A DNA stretch of 64,000 nucleotides from Paraspadella gotoi. Its lineage: Eukaryota > Animalia > Chaetognatha. Positions 44,081 to 57,677 of this stretch are shown one piece after another. Position numbers and translations under genes: made by a program. The stretch covers positions 18,931,142-18,995,141 of the forward strand of contig CM119268.1 in NCBI GenBank assembly GCA_051294375.1. Direction: 5' to 3'. The notes beneath the pieces were generated by a model that saw nothing but the letters and a program-made list of their open reading frames with translations, did not search any database and was not told the origin of the DNA. Within the stretch, counting starts at the first letter, position 1. Every line of letters begins with the position of its first letter.

Positions 44081-46733
44081 TGGCAAATGAATAATGAGGA
44101 ATGGGGAGTCGGAAATGATACAGGAAATTGGTAAATGTAGAATGTAAAATGTAATATGGTTGATAGGAGAGTAAAGAGGTCAACTTGGGATAAAAAAAAG
44201 ATTCCTTCCATTTTCTATTTTCCATTTTTAGTATGTGTGGCCAACAATATTTGTTTACGGAATTTTTTTCAATGAGTATTAAATATTGGGAAACACTAAA
44301 TACGTTGGGTGAGACAAATCGATATTAAAGTTTTAATTTTTAGTAATCTTTTATTTTTTGATTTCTACGTAATTCTTCTTTTTTCCAAAATGTCATCTCT
44401 TTTTCCCATCGATTCATTTTGATCCTCATCCTCAGCTCATCTTCATTCTCATTCTCATCTGTGAAGATCAACTCGATCTTCTCTTCGCATTTGACGCAAA
44501 TTCCGAGCGACGTGTGATTCTGTGAACCGTGAATAGAGTGAACGTGACACCGAATTTAAGGCTTGATTTCGGGATGAGGTTGAGGTTTTACTTGAATTTA
44601 AAAAATGAGATTAAAGTGAAGTTAATGTTAAAGTTCAAAAATAAATTAGAGACAAAAATCAATTAACAGTTGTAGAAGATATGCCGCAATATTACGTAAT
44701 TTGTTAATTCTTCTTTATTAATTTTTATGAAATTCCCAATCATCTGACTCTTTATTTATAAAATACATTTAAAAGTCTTAGCTGACAAAATTGAATTCTC
44801 AGATACCCCATATTTATTTTTGAAATTTAAAATCCATTCGTAAATTTAGTTAATTTCGATAAGGCTAACTATTTTATCTACAATATGCAAAGTAATTCAT
44901 AGTGCTTATACAATCAAGTTTTTTTCCTTCATAAGAACGACACTCAGAGTCATGACATTTATACATTTGAGAAGGACGTTCAGATTGCAAAGTTTCAGAT
45001 TTTTTCGTTAACGTTTTTGGCTGACTCCCTATATCCCTTAAAGACTTCAAGTGACCTCGACGTCCTATTATGCTCGTCTCTTTGTCCCAACAACAACAAA
45101 AACAACAACCACAACTTATCACTTATCACGACAATATATATTTCGGAGTTATTAAGGTCCGGGATCACTCAATTCAAATTATAATTAGGCTAAAGCCGAG
45201 CTCCGATTTCGAAAAGAGAGCTCCTGACGATTCCGAAAATGTATTCACTTTACTATTTTTTCAAAGGCGTCATCGTTTTTTCGATTTTTTTTGTACTATA
45301 TAAAATAAAAGAAACCTATTTGAAGAGTTGCAGCCCAAACGGTAAGGCGGTTTCTCATGAAATTTGGCATGAATTACCTTTAGGTAACGAACTCTGATTC
45401 TATGAAAAGATAATTTCAAAATTTGCCTTCCTTCATAGAAAATTTGATTATTTTAGTCAATTTTTGTGATTAATTCCTTAATATCTTTGAAACAAAAAAC
45501 ATTTTTCCAAAAACGCGCTCATAGAATCTCCCCCACCTTTCTTTTCTTGCCCAAGATATTTTTTTTCTTCAAGAAGAGTCCAACGGTTTGAGTTGCAACT
45601 CTTCGTTTTTAACTTCACTTCGTCAAGAAAGTTAAATTCTGTACTCATTACTTTTGCAAGATTCACCACAACATACAAAAGGACGGGATGTGATGATGGA
45701 GTTTGTTCAACGCTGATGTCTTAAAAAAATGGCTTACTGTTTTTAATTTTTTTAATTCAGATTTGATTTTTTTTTCAGAGATTCCCTTGAAAATAGGGGA
45801 ACTATATTATGATATAAACATTTACATGAAGTAACTTATCAAATAAATTTGATAAGTTTTTTAACTCATAAAACTCATAAAAGCAAAAAAATCCGTCTGG
45901 AAAATGTGTAGAGTAGTTTATTTTAGACTTATTAGTGATACAACTCCAAGTATGTACTTGTACCAAAAGAAGAATTAAATATAAGAAGTAGAAATTGAGC
46001 TTACGGTAAAGAATCAGTTTTAAGTTGAAAATTTGGTTGTAAAAATTTAGCTTTACCGAAAAAAAAAATTTGTTTTAATTTTTATGAACATTTTGGGTAG
46101 ATTTTTAAAAGTTTTCGATTATTTTTTAATAGAAAACCTCTTACAAGATGTGAGAAAATGATTAAGATACAGTAAATTAAGATGTCTACAATTTTAGGTT
46201 GAGTGATCCCTGGCCTTAAGCAAATGATTTTTGAGAAGTCGCATTGTTTTTGTATTTTTGTATTTAAATATAGTACAAAGGTCAAATTTAGAAAATTTTA
46301 TCTAATTAATCATTTTTTTACAAATTAAGTGCAAGACATACATTTGCATTGAGCTTTCTTTTTTTTGTGGTCGTTGCTTCAATTCTTCTCTTTCCTTTTT
46401 CCTCCTCGCTTTTCTATGGTCAATTATTTCCTCAGTTCTGTTTTTACTTTAAGAAACCTAACCTAAGCTAATCAAACCTAAGAAACCTATGTCTACAGGT
46501 ACAATCACCTAAATCAGCTAGACAGAGCAAATTTCTTCCTCTTAATTTCCATCTGCTTTTTTATCACTTATTTTTTCTATTCCCTGACCTTCGTCGAATT
46601 CCTCACCCTTTTAAATTTCCTATTACCTACCCTTTCACAACATCGAGTTATTTCTTTCCCCACTATCTACCTTCCTCCTCTTCCCCCTATTCCTCCCTTT
46701 CTCCCCCTTCCTCCTCTCTCTCTCCCTCTCTCT

Positions 46734-46891
46734 TCAATGGTGTCCGTGATCGAAGTATTCGTGAGTGACTCGATGCTCTTTCGTTCGATGCTTCACGTTT
46801 TTCGTCACATGATCGTGAGTCTCGTGATGGTGAGGAATCACGCGCGTGTGACTTTGATGAACCTCCTTCACGTGCGTCGTGTGCGGAACTG
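46734..46891 (-). CDS. His-rich secreted protein, last coding exon (exon 7)
   Basis: (CT)n-TTTCAG(CAG) acceptor, phase 1; AVPHTTHVKEVHQSHTRVIPHHHETHDHVTKNVKHRTKEHRVTHEYFDHGHH*. Confidence 0.75.
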
Positions 46892-46893
46892 CT

Positions 46894-46983
<90 letters not shown>

Positions 46984-47854
46984 GGGGGAAGAGAGTATTT
47001 AACTTATGGCAAGTTAAACGACGACAAAAGGATTAACTACGAACGACGATTTTAAAAAATAACAGGATACAAACGCAAAGGTCTTGGCGAGAATGTTTAG
47101 TAAACTGCAGACTTTTTACTTTTCTTGACGATGAATCGTTAAAACATAACATATCTCTAAAAATCTCGACGACTCTTCGAACAAATAAGTGTGAAGAAAA
47201 AATAAAAGAAAAAAAAATAGATAGAAACGATTTTTGAAGGGAATTAATGCGGAGAGGATTGAAAAATACGGGGAAGGTACGAAGATTAAATTGATGGGAA
47301 AAAAATGGGGAAGGGAAGAGAAGGGAAAAAAAGGAGGAAAAAAAGGAAAAAAAGGAAAAAGAGAATTGAGTGAGTCACGCGCGAGGCGATCAATCGTCCT
47401 TGATCTGTGAGAAAGGAGAATCAGGAGTGAGGAGTGAGGAGTGAGGAGTGATGAATGAGGAGTGAGGAGTGAGGAGTGAAATGCGCGAAAAAATGGAGAG
47501 TGAGTTGGGAAAAGAAGGAAATGATTTCAATTTGGCAATTTCGTGAAGCTCTATAAATAGAACACGGTATACGTGGTTTGCTTTGCTAAGATTTTTTTTC
47601 AAAGAATTGCGATGAAAAATAACGAAGCAGTAGTGATAGAAAAACAATAAAAAATATTTGAATAAAATTAAATTGCTTGTAAATTTTTTTTTTTAATTAT
47701 TTACCACACGAGTGAACATTTTTTATGGGAAGAATTGAATTTATTAGGGAGACAGAGAAGCAAAATCCTTCAATTTTGATTGAAGACGGCACTTAAGATT
47801 TTTGTGAGAAACTATTATCACAAAATATAGCATTTCTTTCACAACAATAAAAGA

Positions 47855-47940
47855 GGTACCCTAGGTGGTTTATGGCCGTACCCTTCTTGCAGGGATACTT
47901 CAGAGGTTCGAGCCTGGTACCAAATGGTCATGAGCGGATG
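47855..47940 (+). mobile_element. Degenerate tRNA-like sequence, probable SINE head
   Basis: A-box-like TAGGTGGTTTATGG, B box GGTTCGAGCC (47905), GGTACC...GGTACCA closing stem; downstream TGGTCATGAGCGG is shared with the - strand at 35071-35083. Confidence 0.4.
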
Positions 47941-48166
47941 GTATTACACGTTTCGCCACCAGATCATCACCAGATCATCAGATAATATAATATAATAGTG
48001 GAAGCTGAGTGAACTTGGCGCAATGTCCGACTCAAGCCCTGTTACCTCCTCGACCTTTTCCCGTTCTTCGTTCTTCATTGTGTCCCTGAAAGTACTTCCA
48101 TAACACTTCTCCCAAAAATATTTATCGTCTCTCCCTCTCCTGCACTTACATCACTCTAATATCCCC

Positions 48167-48460
48167 TCCCTCTCCTCCCCCCCCTCGTCCCCCCCTCTCC
48201 TCCCCCTCGTCCCCCCTCTCGTCTCCCCCACCCCTTCGTCCCCCCCTCTCCTCCCCCCCTCCCCTCTCCCCCCTCTCTCCTCCCCCCTCGTCCCCCCTCT
48301 CCTCCCCCCCTCTCCCCCCGTCCCCCCTCGTCCCCCTCTCTTCCCCTCCTCGTCCCCCCTCCTCGTCCCCCTCGTCCCCCCCCTTCCTCCCCCCCTCGTC
48401 CCCCCCTCGTCCCCCCCTCTCCTCCCCCCCTCGTCCCCCCCTCGTCCCCCCCTCTCCGCC
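48167..48460. repeat. C-rich low-complexity repeat (CCCCCCTCGT / CCCCCTCT units)
   Basis: Direct inspection; many G4-G7 runs on the - strand. Confidence 0.9.
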
Positions 48461-48548
48461 AATCGAACCATTGACCCCGAGAAATTGCGTTTTGCCCATC
48501 GCCTTCTGTGGTCCTCATGATTCTTGGGTCAGGCGTTTCCATCGAGAG

Positions 48549-48598
<50 letters not shown>

Positions 48599-49459
48599 CG
48601 ATGGAGAGAGAGACGAGACGATGATCGGAGACCAGAAGAGAGAGAGAGAGACGAGATCAAAATAGGAATAAAGGTCCTCGGGCAAGGATGTTGTTTAATG
48701 TCCACTTCGACTAAAACCGAGAGTTAGACACAAGTTTTGATTTTCTCGTAGGCGAGGAAGTGATCAGATCCTTTTCACTCTTAAATAAACATTTTTTATC
48801 ATATTTTAACAATTTTAGTTTGTTTGTTTTTATCTTCCTTCAAGATGATCACCTCGTTGACGATGTTATCCTTGATGTCCTTCATAAAATCTTCCCACGC
48901 ATCGAAGAATAAATGAGCAAGCATCATCGCCGATCAAGCTTGGAAGAGCTTTTACTAATCGCCTAAGATAACCTTGTTATTGGGAAAAAATCCTTTTCTT
49001 AGCCTCTATTTACGTGCGATAGTTTATTCATAACTCATCCTGTGCTTACATATTAATTCTATTTACTTTCTTTTAATTGTTTTCTCACTAATTTCCTTTT
49101 CATTTTTGGCTTATTTCATTTTATTCTTCAATCTGATCTCGTTATCTTCTTCCTAATATTTTTTCCTTTCTTCCATTAATCATTTTCTTTCCCTTCTTCT
49201 AAAGTGATGTTTTTATCGCTTAGGTACTTTTCTTCTTATTTTTACCTTCGTTTTCTTTTTTCCAATTACTCGTTCATTTCATGCAAAAGATTCTAAGTTT
49301 CGTTTGTTGGCACGGCTAATTTAAGTAAACAATTTTCAACGATTACATTCAAATTATTATATTATCTTTATTGTTAGTTAAAAGAATAAATTACTCAACT
49401 TTCAAAATTTTTTCTAGCTACTATACTAGGGTATTTCCCGCTCCGTGACCTTACTTCCC

Positions 49460-49635
49460 CTTCCCTTCCCTTTCCTTTCCTTTCCTTTCCTTTCCTTTCC
49501 TTTCCTTTCCTTTCCTTTCCTTTCCTTTCCTTTCCTTTCCTTTCCTTCTCTTCCCTTCCCTTCCCTTTCCTTTCCTTTCCTTTCCTTTCCTTTCCTTTCC
49601 TTTCCTTTCCTTTCCTTTCCTTTCCTTTCCTTCTC
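49460..49635. repeat. (TTTCC)n pentanucleotide microsatellite
   Basis: Direct inspection. Confidence 0.95.
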
Positions 49636-49654
49636 TTCCCCACTCGACCTTCAC

Positions 49655-49747
49655 CTAAGTGATGATCCCGTTGGTAATGGTGACTGTGATGGCGGGAAAA
49701 GGGTCCAGCGTAGTGATCATCGTGATAAGGAGAATCGTGATGATATT
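49655..49747 (-). CDS. His-rich secreted protein, exon 6
   Basis: CTAAC branch point + TTTCCGCAG acceptor; EYHHDSPYHDDHYAGPFSRHHSHHYQRDHHL; TAG|GTGAAG donor; phase 1/1. Confidence 0.78.
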   Translation of the reverse strand, partial: NIITILLITMITTLDPFPAITVTITNGIIT

Positions 49748-50374
49748 CTGCGGAAATGAATTTGAGGCGGGTTAGTGATCATTCGGTGAAAAGGAACGAC
49801 TTTCACTTACCTTTCACTTAACCATCTTCGAACTTCTGGCCCAATAATCGTTAATAATTAATAGTGAAACTGTTTCCTTACAATTGTTGCGCTGTTCTAA
49901 GAACATTATTAGGTGAGTCTTTCCCATATTGTTTACCAACAACTTTTTCCTTACTTTTCCCTCATTACTTTTTTTCCTGACGACGACGACGAAGACGAAG
50001 AAGTCGAATTAACTAATGACATTCACAACTGAGACGACGTAAACCAAAATAATTCTGTAAGTGACATTAATTTCGGAAGCTAATTTTAAAAAAGCAAATA
50101 AAAAAAAACACCTAATCACACTATGATGATTAATAAAATAAGAGAGACGGTATTGTATAAAAAAGCTAACAAGGGAGCGATAATTGTACATGATTTTAAC
50201 TAAAAAATATCATAAAAAAAATACAATACGTAAAAAAAAAAAAATAAACAAAGTCCTTGATCCTTCAATCTATCCATAAATAGCAACTCTGATGACTCTC
50301 GGCGACGTCTCACCGCCAACGAACAATGAATAAACTTTACGACGAAATGGCGACGACGAAAAAGGAAAGAAACA

Positions 50375-50416
<42 letters not shown>

Positions 50417-51803
50417 CAACCGATAGACGCGACAAGCGACGAAACAATATTTAACCTCTGAACGACGGGACTCAATTTTCTCCCGGAAAATTTTTTTTTC
50501 TCTTCTTTATTTTTTTTTTTTTTTTTTTTTTTTTGTCTGGTTGAAGGATGTTGATTGTCTCCTTCTGCCTCGCACTCATTCGTTTACGCCCGGGTCCCCT
50601 CAACAGCCCTTTTCCCACATTCCCTTCAACACCCCAGAAGATAGACGGGAGGATGGGAAGAGAATGGAACGTAATCGGAAGGGAGGAAGAGGAGAAACAG
50701 AGGAGAGAAACAATGGAGGAGAGGAAAATGAAAAGGATGGGAGAAAATGGAGGAAAGATTTGTGGTATTAATTGTAGTATTGTAGAATAAAGAAACTATC
50801 GGGATTAATCTTTAGTTTACCCCAAAATAACGTCCCATTTCATGATTAAGTTTAGCGTTGAAGGAACAGAAATTGGGTCCTTTTGGAAAAGAGTGCCCAT
50901 TATTGTAGCAAAGAGAAAGAATCTACTAAATTTAGAAAATGTACAAAATAAGGGTGGCGCATCAAAGGAGGTGGACGCAGCAGCGGCTGTGTAGGGGCAG
51001 CGTCGCAGCAACAGCGACGCAAAAGCCGCGGCGCTGACCGGAAGAGGGCGAATGTGCCTCGTAAACAAACAAAAGTCGCGGGGAGAATAAACGGCGCTTG
51101 TAACTCGTTTGGAGTGACTCGGCCGAAGCGTCGAACCGTTTTGCGTTCACGATCGAGTGAGAGGTTTTTTTGTTTAGGTGGATTGTGTAGGGGAGCTTTA
51201 AATATTAGTATGTATATTAAAAATGTTATGCAATCAAACGAGCGAGGCAACACCCAAGCTTCCTCCCACAGCGTGTATTCTCTTCTCCCACGAACGCCCT
51301 TGTTCTATTGCCCCATTGGTTTTCACCGAAGAATATTTTGCCTGCCTAACCACTAACAACTAAGCAATCACTGATTCACTGAATCACTGAATCACTAACC
51401 ACTAACAACTAAGCAATCAGTCAAGAAAACCAGGAAAACCTGGAAGGATTCGATACCGCTACACTTATTTCTTTAGTACTTGTTCACTTGTTTATTTTTT
51501 TGTATAAAAAAAAAATAATCGGATGAACTTTTTAACTCATAAAAATAGATTAGCCCTTTTTAAGAATCCAAGCATTTTTAATAATGGAATTTAAAATATT
51601 TCATATCACTCCATGAAGTACGTATGAAATTAAATCTCTCTCGAATTAACAAAAATCTAGAGTAAAAAATATATTAAAACCTTTAAAAGATTTTCCGCGA
51701 ATTTTAAAGTCAAAACTCGCAAAGGATTCTTCCATTTTCTCTCTTCTTGGAAATTAGTTGGAAAAAATGAATGAGAAAAAAATTTGTTGGGACGTAAAAA
51801 TAT

Positions 51804-51926
<123 letters not shown>

Positions 51927-53936
51927 TGGAATTCAATGGCGGAGAAAATTGGCGTCAGTGAATGGAGAATCAACGTGAGACGTGAGTTTTCCTCCGCGAG
52001 ACGTGAATCCTTCGTGTTTTGAATCTGGAAGCGAAGATGTGAATCAGGAGACGAGAAACGTGATCGTGATACTTGGCATCGTGAAGTGAAGCAAGAAACG
52101 GGAATGAAGGTTGAGAGTGAAGCGGGGAAAATCAACTCTTGTCTGAATTCTGAAAGTTCCCTAATGAGTCGTTTCTGTCTCCTGATCCAAAATTAGTCTC
52201 AGATCCGTATGAGATTTTGAAGTTTCTCCGAAAAAAAGTGTCACAATCTGTGATACGAGGCAGAAAAAGGGAAATCACCGCTGGCTAATGTCTATTCGCT
52301 CCGCAGAAACAGCAAGAAGCACAAAATAACGTTCGGCCCCAAAAAAAAGGCGAAGGTCAGTCACCAGACAAAAACGAGGGTCGCCTCACGAGACCGTGAT
52401 CGAAAACGACAACGTAGAAGCCAGGCTTTCCCCCCACCCGCCTACACCCCCTCCCGGTGGGCATCCTTGGAAATGGGAGAGTGAAAACCCGCGGGAAATA
52501 AGATTGGGAAAAGTGAACGAGGGGTGAGTGAGCGAGAGAGAACGGGTTGGCCGCCGGCGAAACATCGGAAATAACGGGGATTTAATGGGAAAAAGTTAAG
52601 GGAAAAATGATGGAGTGGGTGGACGATAAAAGATTTAAATAATGGCAGGGTTGATCAATGCCACTGGGAAAGACTACAAGAAGAGCGAGAGAACAGGGTA
52701 GAGAAACTTTATAATGTTAGAGAGAGTTTGTGGTAAATCCATCGGGGCCGAAAAAACGGGGTAAAAATATTGGGAGGAAAAAAATGGGAATTGGCCTTTT
52801 ACGAAAACCAGAAACGATATCAGGGGCAGGAAAATTGATTTGTAATATTTATCTCTCGTGGAGAGAGAGGGAGAAAAAACTAAAAAAAACCAATAACAAG
52901 AATAACAACAACTAAACCGAAGAGAAGGCAGTTGAAGTCAAAAGTTGAGTAAAAAGGGCGGAAGTGAGGACGAGTGTCAGGAAGATAAAAGAGGATGGAA
53001 GAAAAGAGAAGGTAAGGTTAAGAGAAGGTCAGGCTAAGTCCGGCCCGGCTGGACGCTGCCTTTGACGCGCCGTATCGATCAAGATGATAAAAGGCGAACG
53101 AGTTGTTTCTTTTTTCGCCCCTAGGAAACAGCGCCGCTTTGGGGAAGCCTTAAATTGTTTTCGCCAATAATTTGTCTTTGTTATTCGCCGCGCCCTTATT
53201 CGCTGCGCCCATCGCGATGGTAGTCGGCGCTTCGGTCGTTTCGTTCTTAAATTTGTTTAAAGCTCGATGCGCTTTTGAAATGGTTTTTTCATTATTTAAA
53301 TTTATTTATGAAATTTTTATGAAATTTTTAATGACTTCGACCGGTGTCTTCAGTGGTGCTCGTTAACCACAACTTCTACCATCAAACTGTACAATTCATA
53401 GTATTGTCCCATTTGTAATTCATTTGTTTTGTCTGGCCAATGTTTTATATACTTATTCGTCTTCCTACTCCCTATTTCGTGGTTTTTATTGTTTTATGTT
53501 TTATGTCAATTGACCAAATTATGTCAGTTGATTTAATTATGAAAGTTGATTAAATTATCAAAGTTGACCAAATTATACAAATTGGTATTGGCACAGCTAC
53601 TGGTTGATAGATCAATTGATTTATAGATTTTTTCATATATTTATAAAGAAGTATGTTGTGATTTGTTATAATCACTAATTGAGAATAAAAAAAATTGCCA
53701 TGATTTATCATCGTATTAGCTTATTACTGCTATTATTATTATCGTAGGCAGATCCGACATTGTTTGCTCAAACTTGTGAAGTTAACAATTAATTAATTTA
53801 CTAATTAACTAAAACTAATTTGATCATCTATTTATTTTTTTTCAAACAAGTGAAATTTCCAGCGTCCGACGATATAACAGAAAATTAAAAAAATGTGTCT
53901 CGATCGTGTGGGTGAACATTTTCGATCACAATTTAC

Positions 53937-54126
53937 CGTGATAAACGTGATGCGGATGATGATATCCGTGATGGTGATGGTGATAGCGGGGGTAGTGATG
54001 ATAGGATTTGTGATGGTCGTCATGATAGTGTCCGTGATGCCCGGCGTGATCTGGAGCGAGCCACCACCCGTTGCGCCCCCAAGCTTCACCACCGTGGTGA
54101 CCGTGGTGAAGATTGGATTGGTGAGC
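53937..54126 (-). CDS. His-rich secreted protein, exon 5
   Basis: TTTCACCAG acceptor, phase 0; AHQSNLHHGHHGGEAWGRNGWWLAPDHAGHHGHYHDDHHKSYHHYPRYHHHHHGYHHPHHVYH; G|GTAAAT donor (read-through ends GKL* at 53926). Confidence 0.85.
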
Positions 54127-54675
54127 CTGGTGAAATTGATTTTAAAGGGGAGAGAGGGACTCAGAATCTATTGCGGTTTCACTGAAGCAGGAGATGAAAA
54201 TGCGAGCAAAAGTGAAGCTTTGGTTAGAGGAATTTATGGTCAGTGAAAAATGAGGCGATTCCGGTGAAACTGGAAGAGGATTTTGAACTCGACTGTGAAA
54301 CGGGATTTAGATCAAGTTTAGTGAACTGAAGCAAATGAATGCAGCGGAAAAATGCTCAGCTACTACTATTCGAAGCGGGAATTGAAAAAGTCGTAAAACT
54401 TGCAGCGCGGTGTTACGATGTCACACCTAAAAAAATTGATGTTTAAAGCAAACCGTGAGAATGTCACTGACGAAGTTGACTCATGCTGTGAACAGTGAAG
54501 AAAAATGCCGACAAGTTTGATTACACGAGCAGCAGTTTGAGCTGCTGAAAGGGAAAGCGAAAAATCGGGAGTCTTAAGGAAACTAAATTAAAGGCTTAGA
54601 AAATTAGCGGAAGGGGCCTTTGACAGCGGGTGGGTCTTTTCTCTCTTCTCTCTCTCTCTCTCTCTCTTCTCTCTT

Positions 54676-54711
<36 letters not shown>

Positions 54712-55240
54712 ACTTCATTTCCCATTGCATTAGCTCGCGGTACAAAATCCTACGGTATGTAAATGATCATTTTGAAAATTGCTTATTCATTATTTAAAAA
54801 TACATTGAGGCGACTTACCACCGGTCTTTCTCTCTAAACCCTTCCTCTCTCCTCTTTCTCTGAGCCGGTCTAACTACACGGTCACTTTGCCCTAGCTTTG
54901 GCAATGACCTTAGATTGACCGGACATGAAAAAAAAAATGAAAAAAACCTACCAGGTGAATTTATAGATAGAAAATAAAAGATCAAAGCGTTAGCGGGTGA
55001 AGCAAGAAGCAACGATAAAGCAACGAATACATTTGTGCCACACAGATTTAATAGCAGTCTTCTTATTATTATAAGACAATGAATGACACATTAGAGGTTA
55101 AAAATAAGATAACCAAACAAAATATTGCGAGAATCATTCAAAACAATTGCTTTATGAATTTATGTCATCCACGTAAATTATTTGTCTTTTGTTTTTAAAT
55201 TGTGGAAGAATTGAGACGACGACATCTACAGGATACTTGC

Positions 55241-55325
55241 ATGAGGTGAACGTCGCCCGCGGTGACCATGGGTGTGGTGAGGGTGAACCCAGTGAATCGG
55301 TGATGCCGAGTAGAATGGCCAGAAC
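55241..55325 (-). CDS. His-rich secreted protein, exon 4
   Basis: TTTCACAG acceptor, phase 2; RFWPFYSASPIHWVHPHHTHGHRGRRSPH; CAT|GCAAGT GC donor is needed for phase 0. Confidence 0.78.
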
Positions 55326-55738
55326 CTGTGAAATTGTGATTGAAGCGTTATTTGTAATTTGCTTTTGTCTAACATGGGCAAAAAACCTGGGAATAAAGGG
55401 AATAAGAAGCAATAAAAACTATTTGAAGGAATAGAAATGAAAAGCGAAAGACGATTAGAAAAATTATGCGATGGATTCAACCTATTTAAATTTTTTTTTT
55501 TTTTTTTTTTTTTTGATAAAATGGATTCGCGAAAGATTTCCGCGCAAAAAACATAACAACATAAAATTGCAAAGATGAAAAAAATTTCCCTCTCAACTCT
55601 TTCGCTTCATTTACGTCTATTGACAAAGACGACGACGACGAGGACAACGACGGCTCACTGTCGGAAAAGACGTCGACAAAATGGCGGATTTGACGACCGA
55701 GATCTGCGTTATGGGGCGAGAGAGGAGAGAGAGAGACG

Positions 55739-55798
<60 letters not shown>

Positions 55799-55941
55799 CG
55801 CCGAAAAAGCCATCAACAGAGCAAAATGTGTGCAAAAGAAACAATTTGCAGCGACCTCTCTATAGATCTCTCTCTATCTTATCTATTCTATCTATTCTAA
55901 TCTATTATCTATTATCTATCTTCTATCTATCTATCTATCTA

Positions 55942-55998
<57 letters not shown>

Positions 55999-56207
55999 TC
56001 TCTCCGTCTCACACTAACACTCACATTGCATCACGCCTTGGTCACCGACAAATTGTCAATTTTCATCTTGCACCATTGGCCATTGTTTTTCAGTCCCTCA
56101 CAGGTTGATGGAACATTACCAAAGTGAATTCTCACGGTTTCACGAAGCTCCTTCATTATTTTATCTTGACTTGAATTGTGATCGTTGTCTCCATTAATTT
56201 CACTGAC

Positions 56208-56314
56208 CTTCCGTAATGATGACTCGGTTTGTAGTACCCGTCTTCTCCTTGGTGACCCGCGGCGGCGACCCAGTGGCCTCCGTTGTGACCGTGAACGACT
56301 GGACTCTGATGCAT
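56208..56314 (-). CDS. His-rich secreted protein, exon 3
   Basis: GTTCAG acceptor; MHQSPVVHGHNGGHWVAAAGHQGEDGYYKPSHHYG; AAG|GTCAGT donor; phase 0/2. Confidence 0.78.
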
Positions 56315-56926
56315 CTGAACGTTTTTTACATTTTACATATTTTAAAAATAAAAAAAAATATTCTTTGTTCTGTATGTTTTTGTTGTATGATTTCGTTTGA
56401 AGAATCGTTTTATTAACGGACAGTAGGATTTTTTTAACTTTTTACGGCTCAAGAAGTTGTCATTTGTAAAAATCTAATTAAAAAATATTCTCAATAATAA
56501 TGAACATTTCATTACTTTTTTGGAGGAAAGTCAACCTTTTTCAAATCGATCTTCTTTTTCACTCTTTTCTGAAGAACCGTGTGGATCATCATTTCTCTTC
56601 AAACATTCTTATATGCGCCCCGAGTACTCGCGGAGCAAATCAATAAGTCACTTTTCGGTCGGTCTTTCGGTCGGTTGGTCGGTCGGTCCTATCAGTTGGT
56701 TGCTCATTTGTTAAGACCAAAAAAACTCAAATCTAAGTGACTGATAGCGCCGCCTTCAGGAAATCCTAAAACTATAAAGAATAAAAGATGATAATTCCGA
56801 TGCAGTGCGTGTCGTAAATACACAGGCAAAGAAAGTCACTGCGGCGCAACACATTGGATGGACCGATCTTTTTTTTATTTACTTCTCTTTGTACCAAACC
56901 GCACGACTCCCCTCAGCCGCAATTAC

Positions 56927-57145
56927 CTCTCTGACAGGCTCCACCCTGAGCGGTTCATAATCCCAATCATGGCCGTGGTGGTGATCGAAGTGGTCGTAGT
57001 GGTCGTAGTGGTGTCCGTGGTCGAAGCCGTGATGGTCGTGGCCGTGGTGGTCGTGGCCGTGGTGGTAGTTGTGGTGGTGGAAAGAATGATCGTAGTCGGC
57101 GTAGCGTCGGACGCGAGTCGGGGAGGCCGTGTCGAAAGAGAGAGA
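56927..57145 (-). CDS. His-rich secreted protein, exon 2
   Basis: Long pyrimidine tract + CTTAG acceptor; SLSFDTASPTRVRRYADYDHSFHHHNYHHGHDHHGHDHHGFDHGHHYDHYDHFDHHHGHDWDYEPLRVEPVRE; GAG|GTAATT donor. Confidence 0.87.
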
Positions 57146-57677
57146 CTAAGCGGAGAGAGAGGGGACGAGAGATAGAGAGGGAGAGAGAGAGGAAGGGAGA
57201 GTATAGAGAGGGAGGGGAGAGAGAGGGAGAGAGAGAGAGGTAGAAGATAAAAAGGGAAGAGAAGGAGAAGAAGAGAGAGGGAGAGAAGAAGAGAGGAAGG
57301 GAGAGAAGAGAGAGGGAGAGGAGAAAGAGGGACAGGATAGAGAGGAGAGGAGAGAGAGTGAGAGGATAGAGAGGGAGAGAAGACAGAGGGAGATGATAGA
57401 GTGGGGAGGGGGAGAGAGAGGAGAGAAGAGAGAGGGAGAGGATAAAGAGGGAGAGGAAGGAGAGGAGAGAGAGGGAGAGAAGAGAGAGAAGGAGAGGAGA
57501 GAGAGGGAGAGGAAAAAGAGGGCAGAGAAAAGAGAAGGAAGGGAGAGGAGAGAGAGGGAGAGGAGAGAGAGGGACAGGATAGACACCGAGAAAGTTGAAT
57601 GATGTCAGATGTCTCTCTACCACAACAAACTTACCTCTCTTCGTCTCCAGCTTCTTCTCCATCAAATCTTTACTCAC

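Noticed and set aside
43445-44225. Three overlapping hydrophobic ORFs
   Set aside because: Produced by the stop-poor strand of the 49-bp minisatellite; the unit length is not a multiple of 3.
45170-45430. Possible Helitron/MITE-like remnant containing CATGAAATTTGGCATG
   Set aside because: Single copy in the window with no termini identified; resemblance alone is insufficient.
47380-48940. Further small - strand exon candidates (48046-48085, ~48857-48938, ~47381-47406)
   Set aside because: Splice-like ends exist, but the phases do not fit the His-gene chain and composition does not match; cannot be supported without RNA data.
53832-57175. Val-rich + strand and Thr/Ile-rich - strand ORFs resembling membrane proteins
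   Set aside because: Antisense or off-frame readings of CAC/CAT His codons; splice signals support the - strand His frame.
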